Below are positions 43,089 to 55,284 of a stretch of 64,000 nucleotides of DNA, piece by piece. The stretch lies in assembly GCA_030141605.1 (NCBI GenBank), contig JAQGDQ010000813.1, forward strand, positions 29,019 to 93,018, in the 5' to 3' direction. The notes beneath the pieces were generated by a model. It saw only the letters and a list, made by a program, of their open reading frames with translations. It had not been told where the DNA came from and ran no database searches. Made by a program: the position numbers and the translations under genes. The DNA comes from Tubiluchus corallicola (taxonomy: Eukaryota > Animalia > Priapulida). The first letter of the stretch is position 1. Each line of letters begins with the position of its first letter.

Positions 43089-43199
43089 AGGGGCCGGTTT
43101 CACAAAGCTGTCACCAAGTTAACGATGCCATTATTACATTTACTTAGCTAGTGATAACGACGTCGTTAAGTTATTCAAGGCTTTGTGAAACTGTGTCCA
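43089..43199. mobile_element. Short palindromic MITE (Harbinger-like ends)
   Basis: ggccggtttcacaaagc...aagttaacgatg / cgtcgttaagtt...gctttgtgaaactgtgtcc. Confidence 0.55.
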
Positions 43200-43291
43200 G
43201 CCTATAATTATTATCTTCGTTTATACAGAATTTTAGGCTACAGGTCTCTAACGTCAGAAGAACTACGAATCAGCATTCACTTTTTAATTGC

Positions 43292-44622
43292 ATTATCAAA
43301 AATCATCATATTACATAAGAAAGGCGACAAGACCAACATTAAGCACTATCGGCCAATCAGCTTGCTATCACACCTTTACAAGCTGTTCACCAGAGTACTG
43401 CAAAATAGAATAGAAAACCAGTTAGATGGATACCAACCCGGGAGCAAGCTGGTTTTAGATGCAGTTATTCTACTATGATCATCTCTACTCAATAAATCAT
43501 CGGATATGGAATTGTAAAGAATATAACATCAAATTGAATATTGGGTACATAGACTTTGAAAAGGCCTTCGACTCGGTGGAACACGAAGCTTTTCTTGGTA
43601 CCTTAACAAACGTCGGTGTCAACAAGATCTACATTGATATATTGAGGAATATGTGCACAAACTCAACAGCAAAAATCCACATTGAAGACGAGGTCTCATC
43701 AACCATTCCAATTCAGAGAGGAGTCTGGCAGGGAGATCCTATATCTCCAAACCTTTTCATGGCTGCATTACAAGAAGTGTTTTCAAAAACGAACGTCGAT
43801 GACTTTGGTATAGTAGCTCATGGTGAGAGCATTAGTAATCTCCGCTTCGCAGATGATATTGCCTTATTCGCAAATGATCTGAATAATCTCGAGGAACAGT
43901 TGAACGATTTAGACGAGCAGTGCTGAGGAATTGGCCTTAAAATGCACCGAGGAAAAACAAAGGCAATGACCAACTATCGTACTAGAGAGAAGGTTAACAT
44001 TGGACAAGATGAGATAGAACACGTGGAGAGTTATAAATATTTAGGGCAGGAGATCAGAATGGAACATCAGATGGACCACGAGATATCTAACAGAATGAAT
44101 GCTGGTTGGGCTTTATACTCAAAGTATAAAGATATTATATCAAACAGATGTATTCCAACTTGTCTAAAGAGAAAGATTTGGAATCAGTGTACATTGCTGG
44201 TGGTGACATATGGTTGGCAAACTTGGTATTTGATGAAGTTGCAGAAAAAGTGGTTACGGACATTCCAGAGAGCGGTCGAGCGGTATAATGGTAAATGTTT
44301 CGTTGAAAGACAGGATTAAGCATGAAAAGATTCAAAAGCAAACAAAAACAACAGACATTCTTGAATTTTGTCGCGAAAATGAAATGGAAATGGGCTGGCA
44401 TGTGGCTAGATTTAAAGACAATAGATGGACTAAGCGGTTAACAGACTGGTATCCTTATAATGGGAGAAGAAATCCTGGATGTCCACCAACAAGATGGCAC
44501 AATGAACTTGTGAAATATCAGAAAATTAGTTGGCAGAGTGACGCCCAAGGCAAGACATTATAGCCAGCTAGGGAAGAGGGATTCATCCAGCAGTGGATGA
44601 GCATATCCTGATGATGATGATG
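43292..44622 (+). mobile_element. 5'-truncated, degenerate non-LTR retrotransposon (RTE-clade-like reverse transcriptase)
   Basis: KKGDKTNIKHYRPISLLS, YIDFEKAFDSV, GVWQGDPISP, LRFADD, YKYLG and GHVARFKDNRWT motifs spread over 4 ORF pieces (frameshifts, stop at 43924); (TGA)n 3' tail; possible AATTGC target duplication at 43286 and 44623. Confidence 0.9.
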
Positions 44623-44914
44623 AATTGCCTCATACAATTTAAAAAAAAAGTTTTGGACAAATACAAGTGTTATGAAGCTGAAAAATACAGCTAAGTTTTA
44701 GTGCAAAGTTTTACAGCAACCTCAATGACTGACGAATGTAATACCATTAATTTTTACACAGTATTTTATTTAAGCTGCACAATGCTAGAGGTCTACATGT
44801 GACAATAAGATACAACCAAAACTGCCTCCTGAAACTGAGATACCACTATTTTATTTATTTATTGCAAACCTAATCAGCAGGTATATCAACACAACCATAG
44901 TGCAAAAACAGATT

Positions 44915-44995
44915 TTGTTACCAAAGCTTAAGGGCCCCAAGGTATAGGAGCCCTAGGCTGCAGCCCATACTAGCCCATAGGATAATCCGACCCTG
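44915..44995. mobile_element. Right-end fragment of MITE family 1
   Basis: gttaccaaagctt...gccctaggctgcagcccatactagcccataggataatccgaccctg matches the right ends of the two other copies. Confidence 0.6.
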
Positions 44996-45425
44996 GCTCA
45001 TGAGTCATACACTAGTTTACATGAATTCAGATTTAACTGGACGAAAGGATTACATTCCATGGGTACCCAAAGCTGCTTATTACAAAGCATTACTAAACAG
45101 TCATTGATGCCGTTCCAGTTTCTGAAAATGACCAATTGGACAAAGTACTACAGTTAGATTAATGTAAGCAAATAAACGAATTCTACACCGGCTTCCTTTT
45201 CAATACAAGAGATCACTAAAAGCTGATATCCACGCATGTACATATTTATTTGCCGTTAAAAGGCATTTGCAGAAATTTGACCTAGTTACAGCCCATTTAC
45301 TGATACACTAGACTGAACAATAATGCACATCATTAATGTTACGGTAAATTTAGCTATATAAATCAAGGATCGACAATAATTATTTTCAGTTACTTTTAAA
45401 GTGAGAAATGCAGTAATGCTACATT

Positions 45426-45432
45426 TATATAA
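45426..45432 (+). promoter_or_regulatory. Candidate TATA box (TATATAA) upstream of G1; homologous motif precedes the other copies (e.g. 47727)
   Basis: TATATAA(C) about 110-125 nt upstream of the ATG in both type A and type B upstream regions, whose flanks otherwise differ. Confidence 0.45.
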
Positions 45433-45547
45433 CTGTGTGGTGACTAATGCAGTTGTGCTCTTGGCAAAGAGATAACAAAAATATAATCTAAAAACTGATT
45501 GTAAAATACTGAATTTAGAATACGAGCAACAAAATCCGACTTGGAAA

Positions 45548-46558
45548 ATGTCACCCACTATTTTGCTTATATTCACTATAAACTGGATAGCCATACATGG
45601 TGGCAGTCAGACAATCATGGAAAACTCAACATACAACAACGCAAATCGATCAGATGGAAATGTATCCACTTGGCAATACCAATATTTTTTTGATGTAGTT
45701 TACGTTGTGAAACATATTACAGCAGCATTTATTGAACTATCTAATTTGATAGTTATTATAGCTCTTGTGAAGTACAAACACATGGAAGAGTATAACAACT
45801 GGTACATATGTAATCTGGCAGTGGCAGACTTGCTAACAGGATTGTATCTGCACGTTCTTTCATATAAACTCCACTATCAATATAACACGTTGTCAGAAGG
45901 TGAATGTTTACTATTGTATCAGATTTCCATGATTTTTAGTTATGTGTCAGTGGCAACATTAATAGCTGTTACAATAGACCGTTTTATTGTCATAAAATAC
46001 CCACTAAGGTACAATCAACTGATGAAAAAATGGATAGTTCAGCTTACTATTGTGGTTTTGTGGTTGCACTCACTCGGTCTAAGTACTGTGATATATCTTC
46101 AAGACAGCAGGAAGAATAGCTGCTCGTTTTCAAATTGGAATTTAATTATCCTGAATTTTATATATTGCACAATCATTACAGCAGTTTTGCTGGTTATAAA
46201 TGCTAACATTATATATATTGCTCGAAAGCACATGCGCCAGATTGAACCAAATGCAGCAAGATCATACAAGCGTAATATAAAATCAATCAAGATTATTGCT
46301 TTAGCTGTTGGTACTTTCATTTTGTGCTATTTTCCAACAAATATCATAAATATCAGGAAGATCTCTGTAGCACAAAATGAAGATGATATTGTATCAATCC
46401 AGGCTGTTAGCATTTGCATTCTGCTGACGTATAGCAATTCATTTATGAACCCAATAATTTATGCATGGAAAAACAAAGAGCTTCGAAAATCGTTCTATAA
46501 AGTGCTTTACTTGGACACCTTGAAAGAATTCTCAACACGAATATCCACAACCAACTAG
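45548..46558 (+). CDS. Intronless class A (rhodopsin-like) GPCR, copy G1, N-terminal type A
   Basis: NLAVADLL (TM2), IDRF..IKYPLRY (TM3/ICL2), FILCYFP (TM6), NSFMNPIIY (TM7), helix 8 NKELRKSF; 336 aa. Confidence 0.93.
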   Translation: MSPTILLIFTINWIAIHGGSQTIMENSTYNNANRSDGNVSTWQYQYFFDVVYVVKHITAAFIELSNLIVIIALVKYKHMEEYNNWYICNLAVADLLTGLYLHVLSYKLHYQYNTLSEGECLLLYQISMIFSYVSVATLIAVTIDRFIVIKYPLRYNQLMKKWIVQLTIVVLWLHSLGLSTVIYLQDSRKNSCSFSNWNLIILNFIYCTIITAVLLVINANIIYIARKHMRQIEPNAARSYKRNIKSIKIIALAVGTFILCYFPTNIINIRKISVAQNEDDIVSIQAVSICILLTYSNSFMNPIIYAWKNKELRKSFYKVLYLDTLKEFSTRISTTN

Positions 46559-47838
46559 TGAGTGATGCCACCACATCTTTCAACTTTATCACACATTTTG
46601 TTCAAAAATGAATATAACTGACATGGTTTCCATATAATGCATGATCGCTGTAACAATGTGTCTGTTTATAAATATCTGAACTATGTGCACAACTCGTAGA
46701 TGGATCAGAAAAAACGGACTTAACCAACAATCTGAACAACATCAGCAATCTAATCTAATCAAACTTTGCAATTTATACAAAATTTAACTTCAAATTGAAA
46801 GCCACTTCCATTAACAGATTAAACAAAATGAGATCAAGTTTATTTGCAGTCTGCACAAAACATCCAAAGCAAGGGTTCATTTATTATGTTCATGATTGGG
46901 ACAGGAAGTTGGCTCATCATTAACGATACTCATCTGCATGAGATAGTGAACTGACAAAAGTGTCTTAGCCAAGCTGAGATATCCGGATCAAATACCTCGA
47001 CAAGATAAAGACTAATAGTCTTCACATTAACACTACTCATTAGTGATAACTTCATAAAACAAGATCGAGTATTAATATAAACTATGTATGTTGGCATCAA
47101 AAATAACAAGTATTGATTGTCTGTCACTAGATCTAACATCCATTCACAATGGATCTCGCACACAAGTAATATTGATCCAAAGGAATTCTATCAGTTTTCT
47201 GTTTGAAACACAATTTTTACTGGTGCATCTACAAAAATATTTTTTCCTTACAAATAAAAGCCGCTGTTTCAATTCCCAGTACCTTTTCAAACAGCTTCGA
47301 GTAAATTGGCCATGAAACACATACGAGTTCATGTTGAATCATGTTTAGTCAAGCAAAAACATGACAATATCTCAACCAGTGTTTCTGATTGTTATAGCAC
47401 ACAAAGTGCTGGATATAGTTTATAAAACTGATCAGGAAAGTGAGCTGATCAAGCATCAAGTAAATGTATGAAAACAAAACAAGTAAAGCTACATGGGTCC
47501 TTTTCACAAGGCACCTCTAAAAGTCAATATTTACCACACACACACACACACGTATGCGCATGTATAAATCCTATTTCCTATTACATGTCACAACCTAGTT
47601 AAACTGTTTGCTAACAAGTTTCTTTTTTAATGGCCCAGCAATTACACACATTGTGGCAGGTTCGATTACATAAACATCACCAACTTTCAGCCACTTGCAC
47701 TGTTAATAACGAAACAATACTACATTTATATAACCGTGTTGTGATTAATGTATTGCACGCCACTTCATATCAATGAAGATACAGTTTAAAAACTGATTAC
47801 AAAATACTGTATTGTTGTGTGTACAGGAAACTTGTAAG

Positions 47839-48849
47839 ATGTCAAATATTATTTTGTTTATATTCATTATGAATTGGATAGTTCTGTATTGTGACAGTCA
47901 GACAATCATGAAAAACTCAACAGACAACAACAAGAATCGATCAGATGCAAATGTATTCACTTGGCAATACCAATATTTTTTTGATGTAGTTTATGTTGTG
48001 AAACATATTATAGCAGCATTTATTGAACTATCTAATCTGATAGTTATTATAGCTCTTGTGAAGTATAAACACATGGAAGACTATAACAACTGGTACATAT
48101 GTAATCTCGCAGTGGCAGACTTGCTAACAGGATTGTATCTGCACATTCTTTCATATAAACTCCACTATCAATATAACACGTTGTCAGAAGGTGAATGTTT
48201 ACTATTGTATCAGATTTCCATGATTTTTAGTCATGTGTCAGTGGCAACATTAATAGCTGTTACAATAGACCGTTTTATTGTCATAAAATACCCACTAAGG
48301 TACAATCAACTGATGAAAAAATGGATAGTTCAGCTTACTATTGTGGTTTTGTGGTTGCACTCACTCGGTCTAAGTACTGTGATATATCTTCAAGACAGCT
48401 GGAAGGATAGCTGCTCGTTTTCAAACTGGAATTTAATTATCCTGAATTTTATATATTGCACAATCATTACAGCAATTTTGCTGGTTATAAATGCCAACAT
48501 TATATATATTGCTCGAAAGCACATGCGCCAGATTGAACCAAATGCAGCAAGATCATACAAGCGTAATATAAAATCAATCAAGATTATTGCTTTAGCTGTT
48601 GGTACTTTCATTTTGTGCTATTTTCCAACAACTATCATAAATATCAGGAAGATCTCTGTAGCACAAAATGAAGATGACATTGTATCAATCCAGGCTGTTA
48701 GCATTTGCGTTCTGCTGACGTATAGCAATTCATTTATGAACCCGATAATTTATGCATGGAAAAACAAAGAGCTTCGAAAATCGTTCTATAAAGTGCTTTA
48801 CTTGGACACCTTGAAAGAATTCTCAACACGAATATCCACAACCATGTAG
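47839..48849 (+). CDS. Intronless class A GPCR, copy G2, type B
   Basis: Same motifs; first ATG at 47839 (MSNIILF). Confidence 0.92.
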   Translation: MSNIILFIFIMNWIVLYCDSQTIMKNSTDNNKNRSDANVFTWQYQYFFDVVYVVKHIIAAFIELSNLIVIIALVKYKHMEDYNNWYICNLAVADLLTGLYLHILSYKLHYQYNTLSEGECLLLYQISMIFSHVSVATLIAVTIDRFIVIKYPLRYNQLMKKWIVQLTIVVLWLHSLGLSTVIYLQDSWKDSCSFSNWNLIILNFIYCTIITAILLVINANIIYIARKHMRQIEPNAARSYKRNIKSIKIIALAVGTFILCYFPTTIINIRKISVAQNEDDIVSIQAVSICVLLTYSNSFMNPIIYAWKNKELRKSFYKVLYLDTLKEFSTRISTTM

Positions 48850-50135
48850 TGAGTGATGCCACCACATCTTTCAACTTTATCACACATTTTGTTCAAAAAT
48901 GAATATAACTGACATGGTTTCCATACAATGCAAGATCGCTGCAACAATGTGTCTGTTTATAAATATCTGCACTATGTGCACAACTCGTAGATGAATCAGA
49001 AAAAACGGACTTAACCAACAATCTGAACAACATCAGCAATCTAATCTAATCAAACTTTGCAATTTATACAAAATTTAACTTCAAATTGAAAGCCACTTCT
49101 ACTAACAGATTAAACAAAATGGGAGATCAAGTTTATTTGCAGTCTGCGCAAAACATCCAAGGCAAGGGTTAATTTATTATGTTCATGGTTGGGACAGGAA
49201 GTTGGGTCATTATTAATGATACTCATCTGCATGAGATAGTGAACTGACAAAATGGTCCTAGCCAAGCTGAGATATCTGGATCAAGTACCTCGACAAGATA
49301 AAGACTAATAGCCTTCTCATTAACACTACTCATTAGAGATAACTTCATAAAACAATATCGAGTATTAATATAAACTATGTATGTTCGCATCAACAATAAC
49401 AAGTATTGATTGTCTGCCACTAGATCTAACACCCATTCACAATGGATCTCGCACAAAAGTAATATTGATCCAAAGGAATTCTATCAGTTTTCTGTTTGAA
49501 ATGCAATTTTTACTGGTGCATATACAAAAACATTTTTTCGTTACAAATGAAAGCCACTGTTTCAATTCTCAGTACCTTTTCAAACAGCTTCGAGTAAATT
49601 GGCCATAAAACACATACGAGTTCAAGTTGAATCACGTTTAGTCAGGCAAAAACATGACAATATCTCAGCCAGTGTTTCTGATTGTTATAGCGTACAAAGT
49701 GCTGGATATAGTTTATAAAATTGATCAGGAAAGTGAGCTGAACAAGCATCAAGTAAATGTACGAAAACAAAACAAGTAAAGATACATGTGTCCTTTTCAC
49801 AAGACACCTCTAAAAGTCAATATTTACCACACACACACACATATGCGCATGTATAAATATCCTATTTCCTATTACATGTCACAACCTAGTTAAACTGTTT
49901 GCTAACACGTTTCTTTTATAATGGCCCAGCAATTCACACATTGTGGCGGGTTCGATTACATAAGCATCACCAACTTTCAGCCACTTGCACTGTTAATAAC
50001 GAAAAAATACTACATATATATAACCGTGTTGTGATTAATGTATTTCATGCCACTTCACATAAAGGGTAAACGAACACACAGTTTAAAAACTGATTACTAA
50101 ATACTGGAATGGTGGGTGCACAGGAAACTTGTAAG

Positions 50136-51146
50136 ATGTCAAATATTATTTTGTTTATATTCATTATGAATTGTAAAGTCCTACATTGTGACAGTCAGAG
50201 AATCATGGAAAACTCAACAGACAACAACGCGAATCGATCAGATGGAAATGTATTTACCCGGCAATACCAATATTTTTTTGATGTGGTTTACGTTGCGAGA
50301 CACATTATAGCAGCATTTATTGAACTATCTAATTTGATAGTTATTATAGCTCTTGTGAAGTATAAACACACGGAAGAGTATAACAACTGGTACATATGTA
50401 ATCTCGCAGTGGCAGATTTGCTAACAGGATTGTATGTGCACGTTATTTCATATAAACTCCACTATCAATATAACACGTTGTCAGACGGTGAATGCTTATT
50501 ATTGTATCAGATTTCCATGGTTTTTAGTTATGTGTCAGTGGCAACATTAATAGCTGTTACAATAGACCGTTTTATTGTCATAAAATACCCACTAAGGTAT
50601 AATCAACTGATGAAAAAATGGATAGTTCAGCTTACTATTGTGGTTTTGTGGTTGCACTCATTCGGTCTAAGTACTGTGATATATCTTCAAGACAGCTGGA
50701 AGGATAGCTGCTCGTTTTCAAACTGGAATTTAATTATCCTGAATTTTATATATTGCACAATCATTACAGCAATTTTGCTGGTTATAAATGCCAACATTAT
50801 ATATATTGCTCGAAAGCACATGCGCCAGATTGAACCAAATGCAGCAAGATCATACAAGCGTAATATAAAATCAATCAAGATTATTGCTTTAGCTGTTGGT
50901 ACTTTCATTTTGTGCTATTTTCCAACAACTATCATAAATATCAGGAAGATCTCTGTAGCACAAAATGAAGATGACATTGTATCAATCCAGGCTGTTAACA
51001 TTTGCGTTCTGCTGACATATAGCAATTCATTTATGAACCCGATAATTTATGCATGGAAAAACAAAGAGCTTCGAAAATCGTTCTATAAAGTGCTTTGCTT
51101 GGACATCTTGAAAGAATTCTCGACACGAGTATCCACAACCACCTAG
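50136..51146 (+). CDS. Intronless class A GPCR, copy G3, type B
   Basis: Same motifs; homologous ATG 50136 (an extra in-frame ATG at 50109). Confidence 0.92.
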   Translation: MSNIILFIFIMNCKVLHCDSQRIMENSTDNNANRSDGNVFTRQYQYFFDVVYVARHIIAAFIELSNLIVIIALVKYKHTEEYNNWYICNLAVADLLTGLYVHVISYKLHYQYNTLSDGECLLLYQISMVFSYVSVATLIAVTIDRFIVIKYPLRYNQLMKKWIVQLTIVVLWLHSFGLSTVIYLQDSWKDSCSFSNWNLIILNFIYCTIITAILLVINANIIYIARKHMRQIEPNAARSYKRNIKSIKIIALAVGTFILCYFPTTIINIRKISVAQNEDDIVSIQAVNICVLLTYSNSFMNPIIYAWKNKELRKSFYKVLCLDILKEFSTRVSTTT

Positions 51147-52102
51147 TGAGTGATGCCACCACATCTTTGAACTTTACCACACACTTTGTTCAAAAATGAA
51201 TATAACTGACATGGTTTCCATACAATGCATGATTGCTGTAACAATGTGTCTGTTTATAAATATCTGCACTATGTGCATAACTCGTAGATGAATCAGAAAA
51301 AACAGACTTAACAAACAATCTGAACAACATCAGCAATCTAATCTAACCAAACTTTGCAATTTAATCAAAATTTAACTTCAAATTGAAAGCCACTTCTATT
51401 AACAGATTAAACAAAATGGGAGATCAAGTTTATTTGCAGTCTGCGCAAAACAACCAAGGCAAGGGTTCATTTAGTATGTTCATGGTTGGGACAGGAAGTT
51501 GGCTCATTATTAACGATACTCATCTGCATGAGATAGTGAACTGACAAAAGTGTCTTAGCCAAGCTGAGATATCTGGATCAAATACCTCGATAAGATAAAA
51601 ACTAAGAGTCTTCTCATTAACACTACTCATTAGTGATAACTTCATAAAACAACATCGAGTATTAATATAAACTATGTATGTTGGCATCAACAATAACAAG
51701 TATTGATTGTCCGCCACTGGATCTAACACCCATTCACAATGGATCTCGCACACAAGTAATATTGATCCAAAGGAATTCTATCGGTTTTCTGTTTGAAACA
51801 CAATTTTTACTGGTGCATCTACAAAAATATTTTATCCTTACAAATGAAAGCCACTGTTTCAATTCTCAGTACCTTTTCAAACAGCTTCGAAACACGTACG
51901 AGTTCATGTTGAATCATGTTTAGTCAGGCAAAAATATGATAATATCTCAGCCAGTGTTTCTGATTGTTATAGCGTACAAAGTGAGGGATATAGTTTATAA
52001 AATTGATCAGGAAAGTGAGCTGATTTCTATTACAAGCATAACTTGAAATCAGTCAAGATTAAGGCTGTAATTGTCAGCAATTCGTAGATGTTAACTTCGT
52101 AG

Positions 52103-52750
52103 AAGTAGTTTTGTTCCTTAAAAAGTAAAAACAAGTTGTGTAACATAAGTTTAATGGATGCAGTTTTTGTTTCTCTGTTTCAGTGACGTAATTTAGTGTA
52201 AATTTACTAAATGTGATTTCCATTTTCTTACATTCAATTTACATTCTTACCTGCCATGCTGCATAATTGCCTGATACATACAGTAATGCAACTAACTTTT
52301 ATTTTGTTCATTTTTTTAACTTTAACATGTCTGGCAAGTACTGGCTGTTCCAACCACTACTTACTTTTTATTGTTTGTTTGTGAATTGTTATTTCGTTAA
52401 AAATAGCAATAAAATTTCAATTAAATCGAATTAAATTAAAATGTGGATTGGCTTTATGATGAGAAAAGCTATAGTAAATAATTAATGAAAGAATATATCA
52501 GCTCATTTACTGGAAATTTAACCAAAGTTATATTACTTTCAATTTTGTTTTATTTATACTGATGTTACTTTCTAATAATCTACAAACACATTGTTGCACG
52601 CAGATGTCAGTCACTTTAGAGTATTATAGACATTATGTAAACAAGTCAACAAATTCTACACAAGCGCCCTTTTCAATACACGAGATTACTAAAAGCTGAT
52701 ATGTACGCATGTGTATTTATTTGTCACTAAAAGGCATTTGCAGAAACTAG
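52103..52750 (+). repeat. Type A upstream block, duplicated at about 59850-60520
   Basis: gtagttttgttccttaaaaagtaaaaaca...ttacattcaatttacattcttacctgccatgct...gaatatatcagctcattta shared between the two locations. Confidence 0.85.
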
Positions 52751-53003
52751 ACCTAGTTAGAAGCCATTTACTGATATAATGCACATCATTAATGTTATGG
52801 TAAACTTAGCTATATAAACCAAGAATCGCCAATAATTATTTTCAGTTACTTTCAAAGTGAGAAATGCAGTAATGCTACGTTTATATAACTGTGTGGCAAT
52901 TATTACAGTTGTGCTCTTGGCAAAGTGATAACAAAAATACAATCTAAAAACTGATTGGGAAATACTGAATTTAGAATACGAGCAACAAAATCCGACTTGG
53001 AAA

Positions 53004-54014
53004 ATGTCACTCGCTATTTTGCTTATATTCACTATAAACTGGATAGCCATACATGGTGGCAGTCAGACAATCATGGAAAACTCAACATACAACAACAAGA
53101 ATCGATCAGATGGAAATGTATTCACTTGGCAATACCAACATTTTTTTGATGTACTTTACGTTGCGAAACACATTATAGCAACATTTATTGAACTATCTAA
53201 TTTGATAGTTATTATAGCTCTTGTGAAGTATAAACACATGGAAGAGTATAACAACTGGTACATATGTAATCTCGCAGTGGCAGACTTGCTAACAGGATTG
53301 TATCTGCACGTTCTTTCATATAAACTCCACTATCAATATAACACGTTGTCAGACGGTGAATGTTTACTATTGTATCAGATTTCTACGATTTTTATTTATG
53401 TGTCAATGGCAACATTATTGGCTGTTACAATAGACCGTTTTATTGTCATAAAATACCCACTAAGGTACAATCAATTGATGAAAAAATGGATAGTTCAGCT
53501 TACTATTGTGGTTTTGTGGTTGCACTCACTCAGTCTAAGTACTGTGATATATCTTCAAGACAGTTGGAAGGATAGTTGCTCGTTTTCGAATTGGAATTTC
53601 AATATCCTGAATTTTATATATTGCATAGCCATTACAACAGTTTTGCTGGTTATAAATGTCAACATTATAGGTATTGCTCGAAAGCACATGCGCCAGATTG
53701 AACCAAATGCAGCAAGACCATACAAGCGTAATATAAAATCAGTCAAGATTATTGCTTTAGTTGTTGGTACTTTCATTTTGTGCAATTTTCCAGCAACTAT
53801 CATAAATATCAGGAAGATGTTTGTTGCACAAAATGAAGATGACATTGTAGCAATCCAGGCTATTAGCATCTGTGCTCTGCTGATGTATAGCAATTCATTT
53901 ATGAACCCGATAATTTATGCATGGAAAAACAAAGAGCTTCGAAAATCGTTCTATAAAGTGCTTTGCTTGGACATCTTGAAAGAATTCTCGACACGAGTAT
54001 CCACAACCACCTAG
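53004..54014 (+). CDS. Intronless class A GPCR, copy G4, type A
   Basis: Same motifs; TM6 variant CNFP. Confidence 0.92.
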   Translation: MSLAILLIFTINWIAIHGGSQTIMENSTYNNKNRSDGNVFTWQYQHFFDVLYVAKHIIATFIELSNLIVIIALVKYKHMEEYNNWYICNLAVADLLTGLYLHVLSYKLHYQYNTLSDGECLLLYQISTIFIYVSMATLLAVTIDRFIVIKYPLRYNQLMKKWIVQLTIVVLWLHSLSLSTVIYLQDSWKDSCSFSNWNFNILNFIYCIAITTVLLVINVNIIGIARKHMRQIEPNAARPYKRNIKSVKIIALVVGTFILCNFPATIINIRKMFVAQNEDDIVAIQAISICALLMYSNSFMNPIIYAWKNKELRKSFYKVLCLDILKEFSTRVSTTT

Positions 54015-54925
54015 TGAGTGATGCCACCACATCTTTGAACTTTACCACACACTTTGTTCAAAAATGAATATAACTGACATGGTTTCCATACAATGCATGA
54101 TTGCTGTAACAATGTGTCTGTTTATAAATATCTGCACTATGTGCATAACTCGTAGATGAATCAGAAAAAACAGACTTAACCAACAATCTGAACAACATCA
54201 GCAATCTAATCTAATCAAACTTTGCAATTTATACAAAATTTAACTTCAAATTGAAAGCCAATTCTATTAACAGATTAAACAAAATGGGAGATCAAGTTTA
54301 TTTGCAGCCTGTGCAAAACATCCAAAGCAAGGGTTCATTTATTATGTTCATAGTTGGGACAGGAAGTTGGCTCATTATTAATGATACTCATCTGCATGAG
54401 ATAGTGAACTGACAACAGTGTCTTAGCCAAGCTGAGATATCTGCATCATATGCCTCAACAAGATAAAGACTAAGAGTCTTCTCATTAACACTACTCATTA
54501 GTGACAACTTCATAAAACAACATTGAGTATTAATATAACCTACGTATGTTGGCATCAAAAATAACAAGTATTGATTGTCTGCCACTAGATCTAACACCCA
54601 TTCACAATGGATCTCGCACACAAGTAATATTGATCCAAAGGAATTCTATCAGTTTTCTGTTTGAAACGCAATTTTTACTGGTGCATCTACAAAAATAATT
54701 TTTCCTTACAAATGAAAGCCACTGTTTCAATTCTCAGTACCTTTTCAAACAGCTTCGAGTAAATTGGCCATGAAACACATACGAGTTCATGTTGAATCAT
54801 GTTTAGTCAAGCAAAAACATGACAATATCTCAGCCAGTGTTTCTGATTGTTATAGTGCACAAAGTGCTGGATATAGTTTATAAAATTGATCCTTTTCACA
54901 AGGCACCTCTAAAAGTCAATATTTA

Positions 54926-54930
54926 CCACA

Positions 54931-54991
<61 letters not shown>
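54926..54991. repeat. (CACG)n(CA)n microsatellite upstream of G5, expanded relative to the short (CA)n at the homologous site of other type B units
   Basis: Compare 47535, 49827, 57273. Confidence 0.9.
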
Positions 54992-54993
<2 letters not shown>

Positions 54994-55284
54994 ATGCACA
55001 TGTATAAATCCTATTTCCTATTACATGTCACAACCTAGTTAAACTGTTTGCTAACACGTTTCTTTTATAATGGCCCAGCAATTCACACATTGTGGCAGGT
55101 TCGATTACATAAACATCACCAACTTTCAGCCACTTGCACTGTTAATAACGAAAAAATACTACATATATATAACCGTGTTGTGATTAATGTATTTCATGCT
55201 ACTTCACATAAAGGGTAAACGAACATGCAGTTTAAAAACTGATTACTACATACTGCATTGTTTTGTGTACAGGAAACTTGTGAG

